From: Microgenomates group bacterium
GTDB taxonomy: Bacteria; Patescibacteriota; Microgenomatia; UBA1400; MFAQ01
Assembly: GCA_049303575.1 (NCBI GenBank)
Contig: JBAQNH010000002.1
Coordinates: 636,541-700,540 of the forward strand
Length of the DNA stretch: 64,000 nt
Direction: 5' to 3'
Part shown: piece by piece, positions 47,302-57,927 of the stretch
How the letters are laid out: each line of letters starts with the position of its first letter
Numbering within the stretch: position 1 is the stretch's first letter
Translations under genes and position numbers: made by a program
Notes under the pieces: model-generated
The model's database searches: none
Told to the model about the DNA's origin: nothing
What the model saw: only the letters and a program-made list of their open reading frames with translations

Positions 47302-49320
47302 TTAATCGGCAGGTTTTTCTTCTTCCTCTTTCTTTGTTCCCGGCTTATGCCAACTGGCCCAATTACAGTTCGGATAGTCTTCACAACCATAAAAGTCTCT
47401 CCCTGTACGTGTCTTCTTGAGTACCACTCTCTTGCCACACTTCTCACACTTCACCCCTTCGACATACTCAATGAAAGGAGCGGTATATTTACACTCAGGG
47501 TATCTTGAACAAGATAAAAACTTTCCAAACTTACCGTCGCGAATCACCACCTCACCCTCATGACAGAGCGGACACTTCTTCCCCGTACCTACCGTCGGCA
47601 CTCCTACCCTAGCACTATCTTTATCTACCCTTAAAATATTGTCTCTAAATAATCCCCAAAAATTACTTAGCATTTTTTTCCACTTAAGCTTTCCCTCGGC
47701 GATATCATCTAAATCGTTTTCCATTTTGGCGGTAAATTCATAATCCATTTCCTTCGGGAAGTTTTTTACCAAAAAATCCACCACGGCCACCCCTATCGAT
47801 GTCGGAGAAAATCTTCTTTCTCTCTGCTCCACATAACGTCTATCTATAATTGTCGAGATAATCGCCGCATAGGTACTCGGCCTTCCAATACCTCTTTTTT
47901 CTAACTCCTTAATTAATGAAGCGTCATTAAATCTTGCCGGAGGCTGGGTAAACTTTTGATCTCCGAATACTTTGTTCTTTTTCAGTTTTTCATTTATCTC
48001 CAACACCGGTAAAATCTGTTCTTCGTCTTTATCTTTATCTTTCAAAAACAACTTCTTCCACCCGGCAAACTTTATCACTGCACCATTTGCCGTCAATTCA
48101 TTCTCTCCTGCCGCTACGACTACTTTGGTATCGTCAAAAATGGCATCTGCCATCTGGCAACCCACCGTTCTTCTCCATATTAATGAATAAAGTTTTTCTT
48201 GATCATGAGCCATCTCCTGTCCGGTAAATTTATCCGGCGAAACTTCGATATGTGTCGGACGAACCGCTTCGTGGGCTTCCTGGGCGACCACCTTTCCGGC
48301 CGTTTTGTACATTCGAGGTGTACCTGGTAAAAACTCGGCTCCATATTTTTCACCAATGAATTTACGAATTTCTTCAATCACTGTTTGCACCAAGTTAAAT
48401 GAGTCGGTACGGTGATAAGTAATATCACCCTGTTCGTATAGCTTCTGAGCTACATTCATTGTTTTCTTCGCTGACCAACCCAAAACATTAGCCGCTGCCT
48501 GCTGCAAGGTAGAAGTTTTGAACGGTGGATGGGGAATGGTCTTTCTCTCGGACTTTTTCACACTGGCAACTAGATACTCGGCACTTTCCAGCTCTGCCAA
48601 GACTATTTTTGCCTTTTCTCCATCGTGAATATCGGCCACCTTTCCTTTAATCCTTGCCAACTCAACCTCAAACTTTTCTCCTCTTGTGGTTTCCACCTCT
48701 ACTTTTATCTGCCAGTACTCTTTCGCTTTAAACTTCTCAATTTCTCTCTCCTTCTCCACAATCAAACGCACTGCCACACTTTGCACTCTTCCGGCCGAAA
48801 GACCACGACGAACCTTCTTCCACAAAATTGGTGACAGCTTGTAACCCACCAAACGATCCAGAAAACGTCTGGCCTGTTGAGCGTCAACCAAGTTCATATC
48901 AATCGCTCTCGGGTGTTCTAAAGCCTCCAGAATAGCCTCCTTGGTAATGGAGTGGAAAGCAATCCGTTTGAACACTAGACTCTTTTTCTTGGCCAGTTTC
49001 CTCGAGTTCTTCAATATATGTTCCACGTGCCAGGCAATAGCCTCTCCTTCACGGTCTGGGTCAGCCGCCAGTATCACTTCATCAACCTTAGCTGCCGCAT
49101 CTTCCAACTTCTTTACTTGTTCCCCTTTTCCCTCCATTAGCTCGTACGAAGGCACAAAATCAAACTCCCCCTTACCCTCGTCTTTAATATCAATACCAAA
49201 CTTACTTTTGGGCAAATCACGAACATGTCCCATGGAAGCCAAAATCTGGTAATCACTCCCCAAGTACTTCCCCAAGCTTTTTGTTTTGGTCGGGGACTCA
49301 ACAATAATTAGTTTATTCAT
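47302..49320 (-). CDS. topA: DNA topoisomerase I
   Basis: Toprim N-terminus (LIIVESPTKTKS), catalytic Tyr region, C-terminal C4 zinc ribbons. Confidence 0.9.
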   Translation of the reverse strand: MNKLIIVESPTKTKSLGKYLGSDYQILASMGHVRDLPKSKFGIDIKDEGKGEFDFVPSYELMEGKGEQVKKLEDAAAKVDEVILAADPDREGEAIAWHVEHILKNSRKLAKKKSLVFKRIAFHSITKEAILEALEHPRAIDMNLVDAQQARRFLDRLVGYKLSPILWKKVRRGLSAGRVQSVAVRLIVEKEREIEKFKAKEYWQIKVEVETTRGEKFEVELARIKGKVADIHDGEKAKIVLAELESAEYLVASVKKSERKTIPHPPFKTSTLQQAAANVLGWSAKKTMNVAQKLYEQGDITYHRTDSFNLVQTVIEEIRKFIGEKYGAEFLPGTPRMYKTAGKVVAQEAHEAVRPTHIEVSPDKFTGQEMAHDQEKLYSLIWRRTVGCQMADAIFDDTKVVVAAGENELTANGAVIKFAGWKKLFLKDKDKDEEQILPVLEINEKLKKNKVFGDQKFTQPPARFNDASLIKELEKRGIGRPSTYAAIISTIIDRRYVEQRERRFSPTSIGVAVVDFLVKNFPKEMDYEFTAKMENDLDDIAEGKLKWKKMLSNFWGLFRDNILRVDKDSARVGVPTVGTGKKCPLCHEGEVVIRDGKFGKFLSCSRYPECKYTAPFIEYVEGVKCEKCGKRVVLKKTRTGRDFYGCEDYPNCNWASWHKPGTKKEEEEKPAD

Positions 49321-49405
49321 TACTTATAAAAATATACATTAAAAACCGAACCAGTATTCTACAACATTCAAAAAAACAAAGATTTTCCTCTCCAACCAGA
49401 CTAAA

Positions 49406-50920
49406 TTATTTTAGAAACAAAGGAACTAGTTCCTTGGCAATTGGTGCCGCCACGGCACTTCCTTCTCCCCCCTCTTCTACCAGTACCGTCACCACCACCC
49501 AGTCTTTTATGTTACCTCCAACAGGGATCACCATCGTTAGCCAAGCATTCGGTATCGTATTCTCTCCACCCTTTTGTGCCGTTCCGGTTTTGCAATATAT
49601 TTTTCCACCGTAACTATATAAAGGAAATGCAGTTCCTCCGGTACTACACACCGCCCGCATTCCTTCCAACACCGTTTTTCTGTTGACCTCATCAATCTTC
49701 AAATCGGTACAGGTGCTGGTCCCGACTAATCTAGGTGAGCACTTCATCCCGGAAACCACCGCCGCGGTCATCATATTTATCTGCAAAGGAGTGGCCATCA
49801 AGTCTCCTTGTCCAATCGCCAAGTGATAGGTGTTTCCCAAAAACCACTTCTCACCAAAGGTCTTTTCTCTCCAGTAAGGCGAAGGCATAAAGCCATCAGA
49901 CTCTCCCGGTAGATCAATTCCCGTCCTTATCCCTAGTCCCATTTTTTTACTCCACTTCACTAGGTTGTCTATTCCCAAAGCTTCCCCTGTTTTATAAAAG
50001 AAAATGTCATTGCTGCGGGCAATTGCTTTAACCACGTTTATCTGCCCCTCTGTTTGGCCATATTTATCTAGTAGCCAGTTTCCAAAACGATAAGTCCCAA
50101 TCACAATTTCTCCACTATCATCAATCAAAGTGTCTTTCGCTATTTTTTTCTCTTCCAGAGCCGCCAGAGCCGGCACCAACTTAAACACCGAACCGGGTGC
50201 AAAATCTCCGGACAACGCCCTGTTAAACAAGGGCTTCTTTTCCGTATTAGAAAGCAGACTTTCTACGTCTTTAAACTCTCCCCCAAAATCACTTCTTTTC
50301 CCGTCTGTAATAAATAAATTCGTGTCATAAGACGGTACGGAGGCCAAAGACAAAACTTTTCCATCAACTGTCGTTACCAAGATTGCTCCACTTTTCCCCG
50401 TTTTTTCCAAAGCATTTTTCAACGCCATAAAAGCCGTTTGTTGTACCGACAAATCCAAGTTTGTCACCAAATTCTCACCGGGAACCGGACTCTTTCTCAC
50501 TATCTCCGTCCTTCTTGTTCCCTGAGCAGTTTCCTCAACCACGGTTTCACCCGGAGTCCCGGCCAGTCTCTTTTGATACTGACTTTCCAACCCGGATATA
50601 CCAATAAGAATATCGCCATTAACTCCCAAATCAGTTGGCTTTCCGATATAGCCAACCACTCCAGCCGTCACTTCACCAAAAGGATAAAAACGCACCACCT
50701 TACCATCATTCTCAATATTCATCGCCATATTTTTTCCATTTTTGTCGGTTATCACCCCTCTCTTAGCTTCAATCAACTCTACTTTAACCATATTTCCCTT
50801 AGCCAAACCAGTGAAATGCCCACCCATAAATACCGTCAAAAAAAACACTCTTGAAAATCCCACGGCAAACAAAAGGACAAGGATTATGCCGGTCAGTCCA
50901 AATGACTTGTTCTCGGACAT
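49406..50920 (-). CDS. peptidoglycan D,D-transpeptidase (PBP2/FtsI class B PBP)
   Basis: SVFK (SxxK), SND, KTGTA motifs; N-terminal TM anchor. Confidence 0.85.
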   Translation of the reverse strand: MSENKSFGLTGIILVLLFAVGFSRVFFLTVFMGGHFTGLAKGNMVKVELIEAKRGVITDKNGKNMAMNIENDGKVVRFYPFGEVTAGVVGYIGKPTDLGVNGDILIGISGLESQYQKRLAGTPGETVVEETAQGTRRTEIVRKSPVPGENLVTNLDLSVQQTAFMALKNALEKTGKSGAILVTTVDGKVLSLASVPSYDTNLFITDGKRSDFGGEFKDVESLLSNTEKKPLFNRALSGDFAPGSVFKLVPALAALEEKKIAKDTLIDDSGEIVIGTYRFGNWLLDKYGQTEGQINVVKAIARSNDIFFYKTGEALGIDNLVKWSKKMGLGIRTGIDLPGESDGFMPSPYWREKTFGEKWFLGNTYHLAIGQGDLMATPLQINMMTAAVVSGMKCSPRLVGTSTCTDLKIDEVNRKTVLEGMRAVCSTGGTAFPLYSYGGKIYCKTGTAQKGGENTIPNAWLTMVIPVGGNIKDWVVVTVLVEEGGEGSAVAAPIAKELVPLFLK

Positions 50921-50921
50921 T

Positions 50922-51341
50922 TTAATAGTTTATTCTAATAGTTTCTGTTCTCTCAAACCAGGACAGCGCCAGAAGTCCGGACACCAACACCGCCAATGTC
51001 TCCCAGAGACTCCAACTCAATCCGAAAGCCATATCAAAAACAATACTGCACACCACTCCCAAAAGCACTATTACCCAGCCCATCTCTTTTCTGGTACTCA
51101 TTACCAAAGAAAGTCCGCCAATTACCACTAGTATGAATAAACTGGGTAAGCCAATTGACAAACCTCGCAAAACCGAAATTAAAATACCCACTCCAAATGC
51201 CAGCCAGTAAACTCCGTTCCAGTTTAATAGAGTCAAAAGAAATGGCCAAAAAAGACCCCATCCCAGTACTCCCTCACCCAAAAGTACCATTATCAAAAGA
51301 GTTAAAACTGTTTTTGTGGTATTCTTGGATTGCTTGTCCAT
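50922..51341 (-). CDS. probable rod-shape protein MreD
   Basis: small polytopic membrane protein between mreC and the PBP2 gene. Confidence 0.45.
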   Translation of the reverse strand: MDKQSKNTTKTVLTLLIMVLLGEGVLGWGLFWPFLLTLLNWNGVYWLAFGVGILISVLRGLSIGLPSLFILVVIGGLSLVMSTRKEMGWVIVLLGVVCSIVFDMAFGLSWSLWETLAVLVSGLLALSWFERTETIRINY

Positions 51342-51349
51342 AATTTTTT

Positions 51350-52114
51350 ATGACGTCAACAAAAATTAATCTTCTACTTCTGCCGTTGCTGGTCTCCATC
51401 CTACTATCAACTGCTGGCAAACTCAAGATAGGTAAGACCTTAGACAACGTCTTCTATACCATTTTAACCCCTATTCATCTACCGATAGGCTACCTCCGTC
51501 AAGCAGCCGACACCCAAGTATCTTTCATCAGAAGTCTCCCCAAACTTAAACAGCAAAATAAAGATCTGGTTTCCCAAAACTCCAACCTCCTGTCGGAAAA
51601 TGAACAACTCAAACAAACAATTGCTGATATAAAAAATGTAACCCTCACCCGAAACTTCAAATCTGTTCTTCCCGTGCGACTTACCGGCTCGATTGGCAAC
51701 AACTCCGTCTCCTCATCCCTACCTCTGGACAAAGTCAAAAGGGGTCAACCCTTAATTTTTGGCAAAATTCTTCTCGGTACCGTTACCGACATTAAAGGTT
51801 CGGTTATCAATATCACCCCTCTAGATAGCGACCATATCGAAGTTTTTGCCGTACGCACTTCCTCTGGTCAAAAAGGTCAGTATAAATTTATTTCCAACAC
51901 TCCCCAAATCACCGACATCCCCAGTCTTTCACCAATCGCTTTTGGCGACTACGTTTTTACCGAACCAGGAGAACTCATTCCCGGTAATTTGATCATCGGC
52001 AAAATTATCAAAATTATCTCGGCTCAACAGGAACCTCTTCAAAAAGCCCAGATAAAACTGGAGACAACCCTAAGAAATACAACCGACGGTCTGGTAATCA
52101 TTCTTGAACCATAA
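51350..52114 (+). CDS. mreC: rod-shape protein MreC, inverted relative to its neighbours
   Basis: TM helix, coiled-coil (QNSNLLSENEQLKQTIADIK) and the C-terminal GELIPGNLIIGKIIKI beta-domain motif. Confidence 0.65.
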   Translation: MTSTKINLLLLPLLVSILLSTAGKLKIGKTLDNVFYTILTPIHLPIGYLRQAADTQVSFIRSLPKLKQQNKDLVSQNSNLLSENEQLKQTIADIKNVTLTRNFKSVLPVRLTGSIGNNSVSSSLPLDKVKRGQPLIFGKILLGTVTDIKGSVINITPLDSDHIEVFAVRTSSGQKGQYKFISNTPQITDIPSLSPIAFGDYVFTEPGELIPGNLIIGKIIKIISAQQEPLQKAQIKLETTLRNTTDGLVIILEP

Positions 52115-52155
52115 AAAAAGCCCCCGTTTGTCAATCCTACCTAAACAAAAAGTCT

Positions 52156-53220
52156 TTATCTCAAACCTCCAACAACCTTAACCTTTCTCAATAGCCTATC
52201 GTTCTCCAGCACTCTCGCACACCCCCTTACTACTGCTTCCATCGGTGTCTCCGTCACCCAAACCGGCATCCCTGTTTGTTCGGCAATTAGCTTATCAATT
52301 CCCCGAATCAGCGACCCTCCTCCCGCCATGACCATTCCCTTCTCCAAAATATCAGCCACCAGATCTGGAGGCGTCTCTTCAATAATCAAGGTAATCTCGG
52401 AAAGTATTTGATTAACGACCGGCATCATTGCTTCTCGAACCTCAATACTGTTTAACTTCATTGATTTTGGCAGCCCATTCTCCAAACTTCTGCCACGAAC
52501 CACAACCTCCAAAGGGTTTCCTTCTTTTTCACACTTCAATGGAAACGCCGACCCTACTTTGATTTTGACTTCTTCGGCTGTACTCTCGCCCAACAGTAGA
52601 CTGTATTTCAGTCTTGCAAAATTAGAAATTGCTTCCGTAAGTTCATCACCTGCCACTCGCAACGACCGATTCAAAACCAAACCACCAAGAGAAATTACCC
52701 CAATTTCGCTTGTTCCTCCGCCAATATCACAAACCATCTGACCCTCGGCCTTTTCAATCGGAAGTCCTGAACCAATCGCTGCCGCCATCGGCTCTTCGAT
52801 TAAAAACGCTGCCCGTGCACCGGCCGATAACGCTGCCTCTTGCACTGCTCTTCGTTCCACCTCGGTAACACCGGACGGAATACCAATCGCTACACGAGGA
52901 CGGGCAATTTTGAAACCAAGACCCTTATAAAACTCATGGACCTCCACTATATAGTGCTTGAGCATCGCTTCCGCTGCATCGAAATCCGCGATTACTCCAT
53001 CGCGCAACGGCCGAACCACTTCGATACTGGCAGGATTCTTTCCCAACATCTTTCTCGCCTCTTCTCCAATAGCCAAGATTTCCTTGGTCTTCATATGGCG
53101 GGCAACTACCGATGGCTGTCTAATCACTACCCCCTTACCTCGGACGTGAACCACGGTATTAGCCGTACCCAAATCGATACCGACATCAAGAGTAGCTAAT
53201 CTCCACAAAGACTCGAACAT
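52156..53220 (-). CDS. mreB: rod-shape protein MreB (start taken at MFESLW)
   Basis: DVGIDLGTANTVV actin-fold phosphate-1 motif. Confidence 0.9.
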   Translation of the reverse strand: MFESLWRLATLDVGIDLGTANTVVHVRGKGVVIRQPSVVARHMKTKEILAIGEEARKMLGKNPASIEVVRPLRDGVIADFDAAEAMLKHYIVEVHEFYKGLGFKIARPRVAIGIPSGVTEVERRAVQEAALSAGARAAFLIEEPMAAAIGSGLPIEKAEGQMVCDIGGGTSEIGVISLGGLVLNRSLRVAGDELTEAISNFARLKYSLLLGESTAEEVKIKVGSAFPLKCEKEGNPLEVVVRGRSLENGLPKSMKLNSIEVREAMMPVVNQILSEITLIIEETPPDLVADILEKGMVMAGGGSLIRGIDKLIAEQTGMPVWVTETPMEAVVRGCARVLENDRLLRKVKVVGGLR

Positions 53221-53305
53221 AATATGGCTAATAATAACAGATTGCCTCATTTTTTGAAAAGCAAAAAATATCAAAAACATAAATTACAAAATGTTAAACT
53301 AATCC

Positions 53306-55234
53306 ATGTCTTTCTCTTCGCAAACTTTGACCAAATTAATTCGCCAACTTTTCTACACTCTTTTCTTCATCACTCCTCTTCTTCTTTGGCCACAAACATC
53401 TGAGGTTTTTGAATTCAACAAAATGCTGTTTGTTTACTTGCTGACCATCCTCATCGGCTCCGCCTGGGCCATCAAGTCCTTCTTAAATAAAAAATTTGAG
53501 ATCGTCAGAACTCCGCTCGATATTTCCCTTCTGCTTTTTCTTGCCTCCCAGATTATTTCCACCATTATGTCCATCAATCCCCACACTAGTCTCTGGGGAT
53601 ATTACTCACGTTTCCACGGCGGTTTAATGTCTACCGTTTCCTACATTGCCCTTTACTATGCTCTTGTCACTCACTTTCGCGGCGAAACTAAAGCCATCAA
53701 AAATCTCCTAACTGCCATTCTTTCTTCCGCAGCCATTATCTCCCTCTATGCCGTTCTCGAACATTTTGGTATCGACAAAAACATCTGGGTCCAAGACGTC
53801 CAAAATCGTGTTTTTTCCACTCTTGGTCAACCTAACTGGCTCTCCGCTTTTCTCGTCGCTCTTCTTCCCCTATCTCTTTTCCAAACAGTAAATTCCGAAA
53901 AAAATAATCACCGTTTTCTTTACGCCTGCCTTTCTCTTCTTTATCTTTTTGCCATCTACTTCACCAAGTCTCAGTCTGGCATTGCTGCCACCGCCGTTGT
54001 TCTGGTTCTTTTCTTCATCATCGCCGCTATCCAAAAGAAAAAATCTCTTCTCCTCCTAATCTTTATTCCCCTTGTCGCTCTTGTCCTCGTATTTAAAGGT
54101 AACACCGTTCGCCAAACATTCTCTTCTCTCAACAAAATCAATCCTTTCTACTCCGACACTATCACTATCATTACCGAAGAAAACAAAACCAGAATTGGCG
54201 GTTCCGACTCCATGGCCATTCGTCGCGTTGTCTGGGAAGGCGCTCTCAAACTCGGACTCAAATATCCTCTTTTTGGTACCGGTGTTGAGACCTTTGGTTA
54301 CTCATATTACTGGGTGCGTCCTGCCGCTCACAACCTTACCTCTGAGTCCGATTTTCTCTATAACAAAGCCCACAATGAGTATTTAAACTTTTTAGCCACC
54401 ACCGGTTTTGTTGGTCTTTTTACCTACCTTTTCCTCATCGGCTCGATTCTTTATCTTTTTCTCAATAAAAAAACAGAGCATAACGACCTCCGTTTCCCCT
54501 TACTCCTTGGTATTGTTTCAATTATGATTACCAACTACATTGGTTTCTCCGTCGTCAACGTTGCTCTTTTTTTCTTCCTTTACCCCGCCATTTATATTTC
54601 GCTAACAAATAAAGGCACTTTTCTTTCGCGCAAACTAAATCTCGACTCCACCATCGGTATCCTCCTTATTTCTATCATTACCATCTGGGCTATTCTCGGT
54701 CTCTCCAGAGCCTGGCGAGCCGACATCGCCTACAACAAAGGCAAGGGGAATCTTGATGAAGCACAAAAGGCCGTCAAACTTAATCCCCAAGAGCCTATTT
54801 ACTATGCCCAACTTGGCAACCTTAACTCTCTCGTCGTCACACAACTAATAGTTCCTCAGATTGCTCAACTTCCCTCCACTGCGTCCGCCGAAATCAAAAA
54901 TCAAGCAAACTCTGTTCTTCAAAAATACGTTGACGAAGCCATAGTTAACATCAACAAAGCCCAAAGTCTCAATCCCTTTAATCTAAATATTCTTAAAACA
55001 AAAGCCAAAACCGAACTGGCTCTTGCTACCACCAATCCCAAATATCTTCAAGACGCCCTCAATACCCTTCTCAGAATTGTTGAGCTTTCTCCTAGTGAAA
55101 GCAACAACTATCTTAATATAGGTATTCTCTATCAGAGCCTAGACAAACCTGATCTCGCCAAGATAGCTTTCGAAAAGGCTCTCGAATTGAACCCAAACTC
55201 CGAGTCTGCCAAAGACTATCTTCAAAAACTTTAG
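53306..55234 (+). CDS. O-antigen ligase/polymerase-like (Wzy_C) membrane protein with C-terminal TPR repeats
   Basis: multi-TM with the NKAHNEYLNFLATTGFVGL Wzy_C-like loop; C-terminal TPRs. Confidence 0.7.
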   Translation: MSFSSQTLTKLIRQLFYTLFFITPLLLWPQTSEVFEFNKMLFVYLLTILIGSAWAIKSFLNKKFEIVRTPLDISLLLFLASQIISTIMSINPHTSLWGYYSRFHGGLMSTVSYIALYYALVTHFRGETKAIKNLLTAILSSAAIISLYAVLEHFGIDKNIWVQDVQNRVFSTLGQPNWLSAFLVALLPLSLFQTVNSEKNNHRFLYACLSLLYLFAIYFTKSQSGIAATAVVLVLFFIIAAIQKKKSLLLLIFIPLVALVLVFKGNTVRQTFSSLNKINPFYSDTITIITEENKTRIGGSDSMAIRRVVWEGALKLGLKYPLFGTGVETFGYSYYWVRPAAHNLTSESDFLYNKAHNEYLNFLATTGFVGLFTYLFLIGSILYLFLNKKTEHNDLRFPLLLGIVSIMITNYIGFSVVNVALFFFLYPAIYISLTNKGTFLSRKLNLDSTIGILLISIITIWAILGLSRAWRADIAYNKGKGNLDEAQKAVKLNPQEPIYYAQLGNLNSLVVTQLIVPQIAQLPSTASAEIKNQANSVLQKYVDEAIVNINKAQSLNPFNLNILKTKAKTELALATTNPKYLQDALNTLLRIVELSPSESNNYLNIGILYQSLDKPDLAKIAFEKALELNPNSESAKDYLQKL

Positions 55235-55294
55235 GCACACTCCTTCCCCTCGCCGTACATATTACAGGTCAAATGGTAAAATATACTTGTTATT

Positions 55295-55828
55295 ATGAAA
55301 ATCCTGACCACACCCGACCCATTCTTACGACTTACTGCTCTTCCTGTCGAAAAGCTCGACAAGAAGTTAAAGGAGCAAATTGTCGACATGATCAAAACCC
55401 TAAAATCCGCTAAGGATCCCGAGGGGGTTGGTTTGGCAGCTACCCAGGTTGGTCTTAACCGTCGTCTCTTCATCGTTATTTTTAATAATCTTCCCGAGAT
55501 TTTTATCAATCCTGAACTTAAAAACTTCTCCAAGGCCACCCTATTTGACGTTCACACCCGCTCCAAAGACCGTTGGCTTGAAGGCTGTCTTTCCGTTCCC
55601 CGTCTCTGGGGTGCTGTCAATCGACCCTACTCTGTGGAAGTCGATTATCTAACACCGGTAGGCGACAAACTGGAAAAACGACACCGTAAATTCGAAGACA
55701 CCGATGCTTCCTACATTCAGCACGAAAATGATCACCTAAACGGAATTATTTTTACCGACCGTATTCTCGAACAAGGTGGAGAGATTCTCAAGGAAACACC
55801 TTCCGGTCTTACTCCCATCGAGATGTAA
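55295..55828 (+). CDS. def: peptide deformylase
   Basis: GVGLAATQVG, EGCLSVP, HENDHLNG motifs. Confidence 0.9.
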   Translation: MKILTTPDPFLRLTALPVEKLDKKLKEQIVDMIKTLKSAKDPEGVGLAATQVGLNRRLFIVIFNNLPEIFINPELKNFSKATLFDVHTRSKDRWLEGCLSVPRLWGAVNRPYSVEVDYLTPVGDKLEKRHRKFEDTDASYIQHENDHLNGIIFTDRILEQGGEILKETPSGLTPIEM

Positions 55829-55832
55829 AAAT

Positions 55833-55851
55833 GCCCCGCACTTTGCGGGGC
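55833..55851 (-). terminator. hairpin terminator (minus strand)
   Basis: gccccgc-acttt-gcggggc with an A run on plus. Confidence 0.55.
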
Positions 55852-55882
55852 AACTACCATCCTCTATCTTAAGGAATTAACC

Positions 55883-56188
55883 TTAAGAATTTATTTTAAT
55901 CATTCCTTTTTGTCGGAGCTCAACCATCAACTCCGTAGGAAGACTGATTCCATGCAGGGGATACAGTTCAACCCACTCGGTTGAAACAACAACGTCACAC
56001 CTTTGGCAGATCACCTCAGTTTTTTCAACCTGGTGAGCCACACACCTGTAATGGAAGTCAATTTTGGGTTTGACAACCTCGTTGTACTTCACACAGGTCA
56101 TAATCCACCTTGACTGGATTTTTCTTAAGGCATGTCCCACTCTCTTACACTTATTCTCAGGGTGCAAAAAATCATCAACAAAGCTCAT
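55883..56188 (-). CDS. hypothetical Cys-rich (zinc-ribbon-like) 101-aa protein
   Basis: CxxC-like pairs (CQRC and others). Confidence 0.4.
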   Translation of the reverse strand: MSFVDDFLHPENKCKRVGHALRKIQSRWIMTCVKYNEVVKPKIDFHYRCVAHQVEKTEVICQRCDVVVSTEWVELYPLHGISLPTELMVELRQKGMIKINS

Positions 56189-56294
56189 CTCTTCCTCCTC
56201 TTAAAGTTCAATCTGAATTTCAATCGGAAGTATAACGCTCATAAATATAATAGTCAACCTATAAGAGACAGATGTTAGATGTTAAAATAGATTC

Positions 56295-57170
56295 ATGAAA
56301 GCTAATCTTATCTACTTCGGTTCTCCCGATTTTTCCGCTACCATCCTTGAATCAATCCTCAAAAATGATCTTGTTAACGTGGTTGGTGTGGTCACAACCC
56401 CCGACACCCCTTCAGGACGAAGTCTTACCCTAACTCCCTCTCCGGTCGCCGCTCTAGCAGGCAATCACAACCTCCCCGTCTTCAAACCAGCCAAACTCGA
56501 CGATGCCAACCTTACCCACCTCAGACTCCTCAAACCAGACATTTTTCTAGTTGCTTCCTATGGCAAAATAATTCCCAAAACATATTTGGAAACTCCTAAG
56601 ATTGGCACTTTCAATATTCACTTTTCTCTTTTGCCGAAGTATCGTGGCGCCCTTCCCATAAGCCAAGCCATTAAAAATCAAGACCAAACTACCGGTGTCA
56701 CCCTTATGGAAATGGACGAACTCTTAGACCACGGTCCTCTCATTTCCCAGGTCGAAATTCCTATCGATATTCAAGACAACACCGCTACATTGACCACAAA
56801 ACTTACTCAAGCCGCAGTCTCTCTATTGGCCGATAAATTACCCGAAATCTGTGCCCAAAAATACCAAAAAACTCCTCAAGATGAGTCCTTGGTAATTTTC
56901 ACACCGAGCCATAAAACGGTTTCGCGAGAAACTGCCTTCATTCCCTTCGACAAAATCCTTATCGCCCAAAATGGAATCGACTCCACCGCCCTTCATGCCC
57001 TTATCCGTTCCCTTAACCCCAACCCCGGCGCTTGGACCACCATCAACGACACTGATGTCAAAATTATTGAAACTTCACTGGAAAATAAAAAGCTCGTTCT
57101 CAACACTGTTCAACTTCCTGGCAAATCCCCCATCTCTTGGAAACAGTTTCTTCAAGGTCACCCAATTTGA
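56295..57170 (+). CDS. fmt: methionyl-tRNA formyltransferase
   Basis: NIHFSLLPKYRGALPI formyltransferase motif. Confidence 0.9.
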   Translation: MKANLIYFGSPDFSATILESILKNDLVNVVGVVTTPDTPSGRSLTLTPSPVAALAGNHNLPVFKPAKLDDANLTHLRLLKPDIFLVASYGKIIPKTYLETPKIGTFNIHFSLLPKYRGALPISQAIKNQDQTTGVTLMEMDELLDHGPLISQVEIPIDIQDNTATLTTKLTQAAVSLLADKLPEICAQKYQKTPQDESLVIFTPSHKTVSRETAFIPFDKILIAQNGIDSTALHALIRSLNPNPGAWTTINDTDVKIIETSLENKKLVLNTVQLPGKSPISWKQFLQGHPI

Positions 57171-57177
57171 CGACCCG

Positions 57178-57927
57178 TTAAGAAGCTAAGAAAATTCTTT
57201 TTGCCAACCTCTCATATTTATCCGGTGAACTACTTTCCAAAAATGTCTTGTAGTTACAGTCCCTCAAAATATTGGTCACCAACATTTTTGTTTCCAAGGT
57301 GATATCTTCTTCCTCTCGTAAAACAAAAATTCCAAAACGAAAAACATCATCAATGACCCTAAATCCGACGCAGATTTTAAACTCATCATAATTCGCTGTC
57401 AGTAGCGTCGATCGAGTAAAGTTTAGACCTTCTCCCGAAGACAAAATTGGTCCTTTTCCCGTATTCCTATCAATTTGAACTACCGCTACCGTATTACTTT
57501 TGAAATCAAAACTAATCGCTAGCTGTTCATTTGCATTCACTACCTTATCCAGCACCTCATCAAGGGCTTCTCCACCCATCTTCTCCATCTCTTCTTCGGA
57601 AAAGTTATCACAGTACTTAACCAAATCTATTCCGGCAACAGTCAACTGACCACTACTTTCATAGTACAAACCTATCCCTATTTCGTCAGCTAGAACACTC
57701 AGTCCCCTCTTGTTTGCATGAAACTCCATCATACCCAAAGAGGTCTCTCTCAAGGTGTCCAATCTTATGTTGTTTCTTTGTTCTCTTTTATTTGCACCAC
57801 GGAAATCGGTATCGGAATAATTTGTCAGCGAGCCAAACTCCGGAGTAGTACCAAGCAATGGCCAGTCTTCAAAAGAAATACCTCGTCCTTCAGGAGAACT
57901 ACTTGGCATCTGCTTTAGCTGCTGCAA
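57178..57927 (-). CDS. hypothetical 249-aa protein
   Basis: ORF only. Confidence 0.4.
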   Translation of the reverse strand: MQQLKQMPSSSPEGRGISFEDWPLLGTTPEFGSLTNYSDTDFRGANKREQRNNIRLDTLRETSLGMMEFHANKRGLSVLADEIGIGLYYESSGQLTVAGIDLVKYCDNFSEEEMEKMGGEALDEVLDKVVNANEQLAISFDFKSNTVAVVQIDRNTGKGPILSSGEGLNFTRSTLLTANYDEFKICVGFRVIDDVFRFGIFVLREEEDITLETKMLVTNILRDCNYKTFLESSSPDKYERLAKRIFLAS

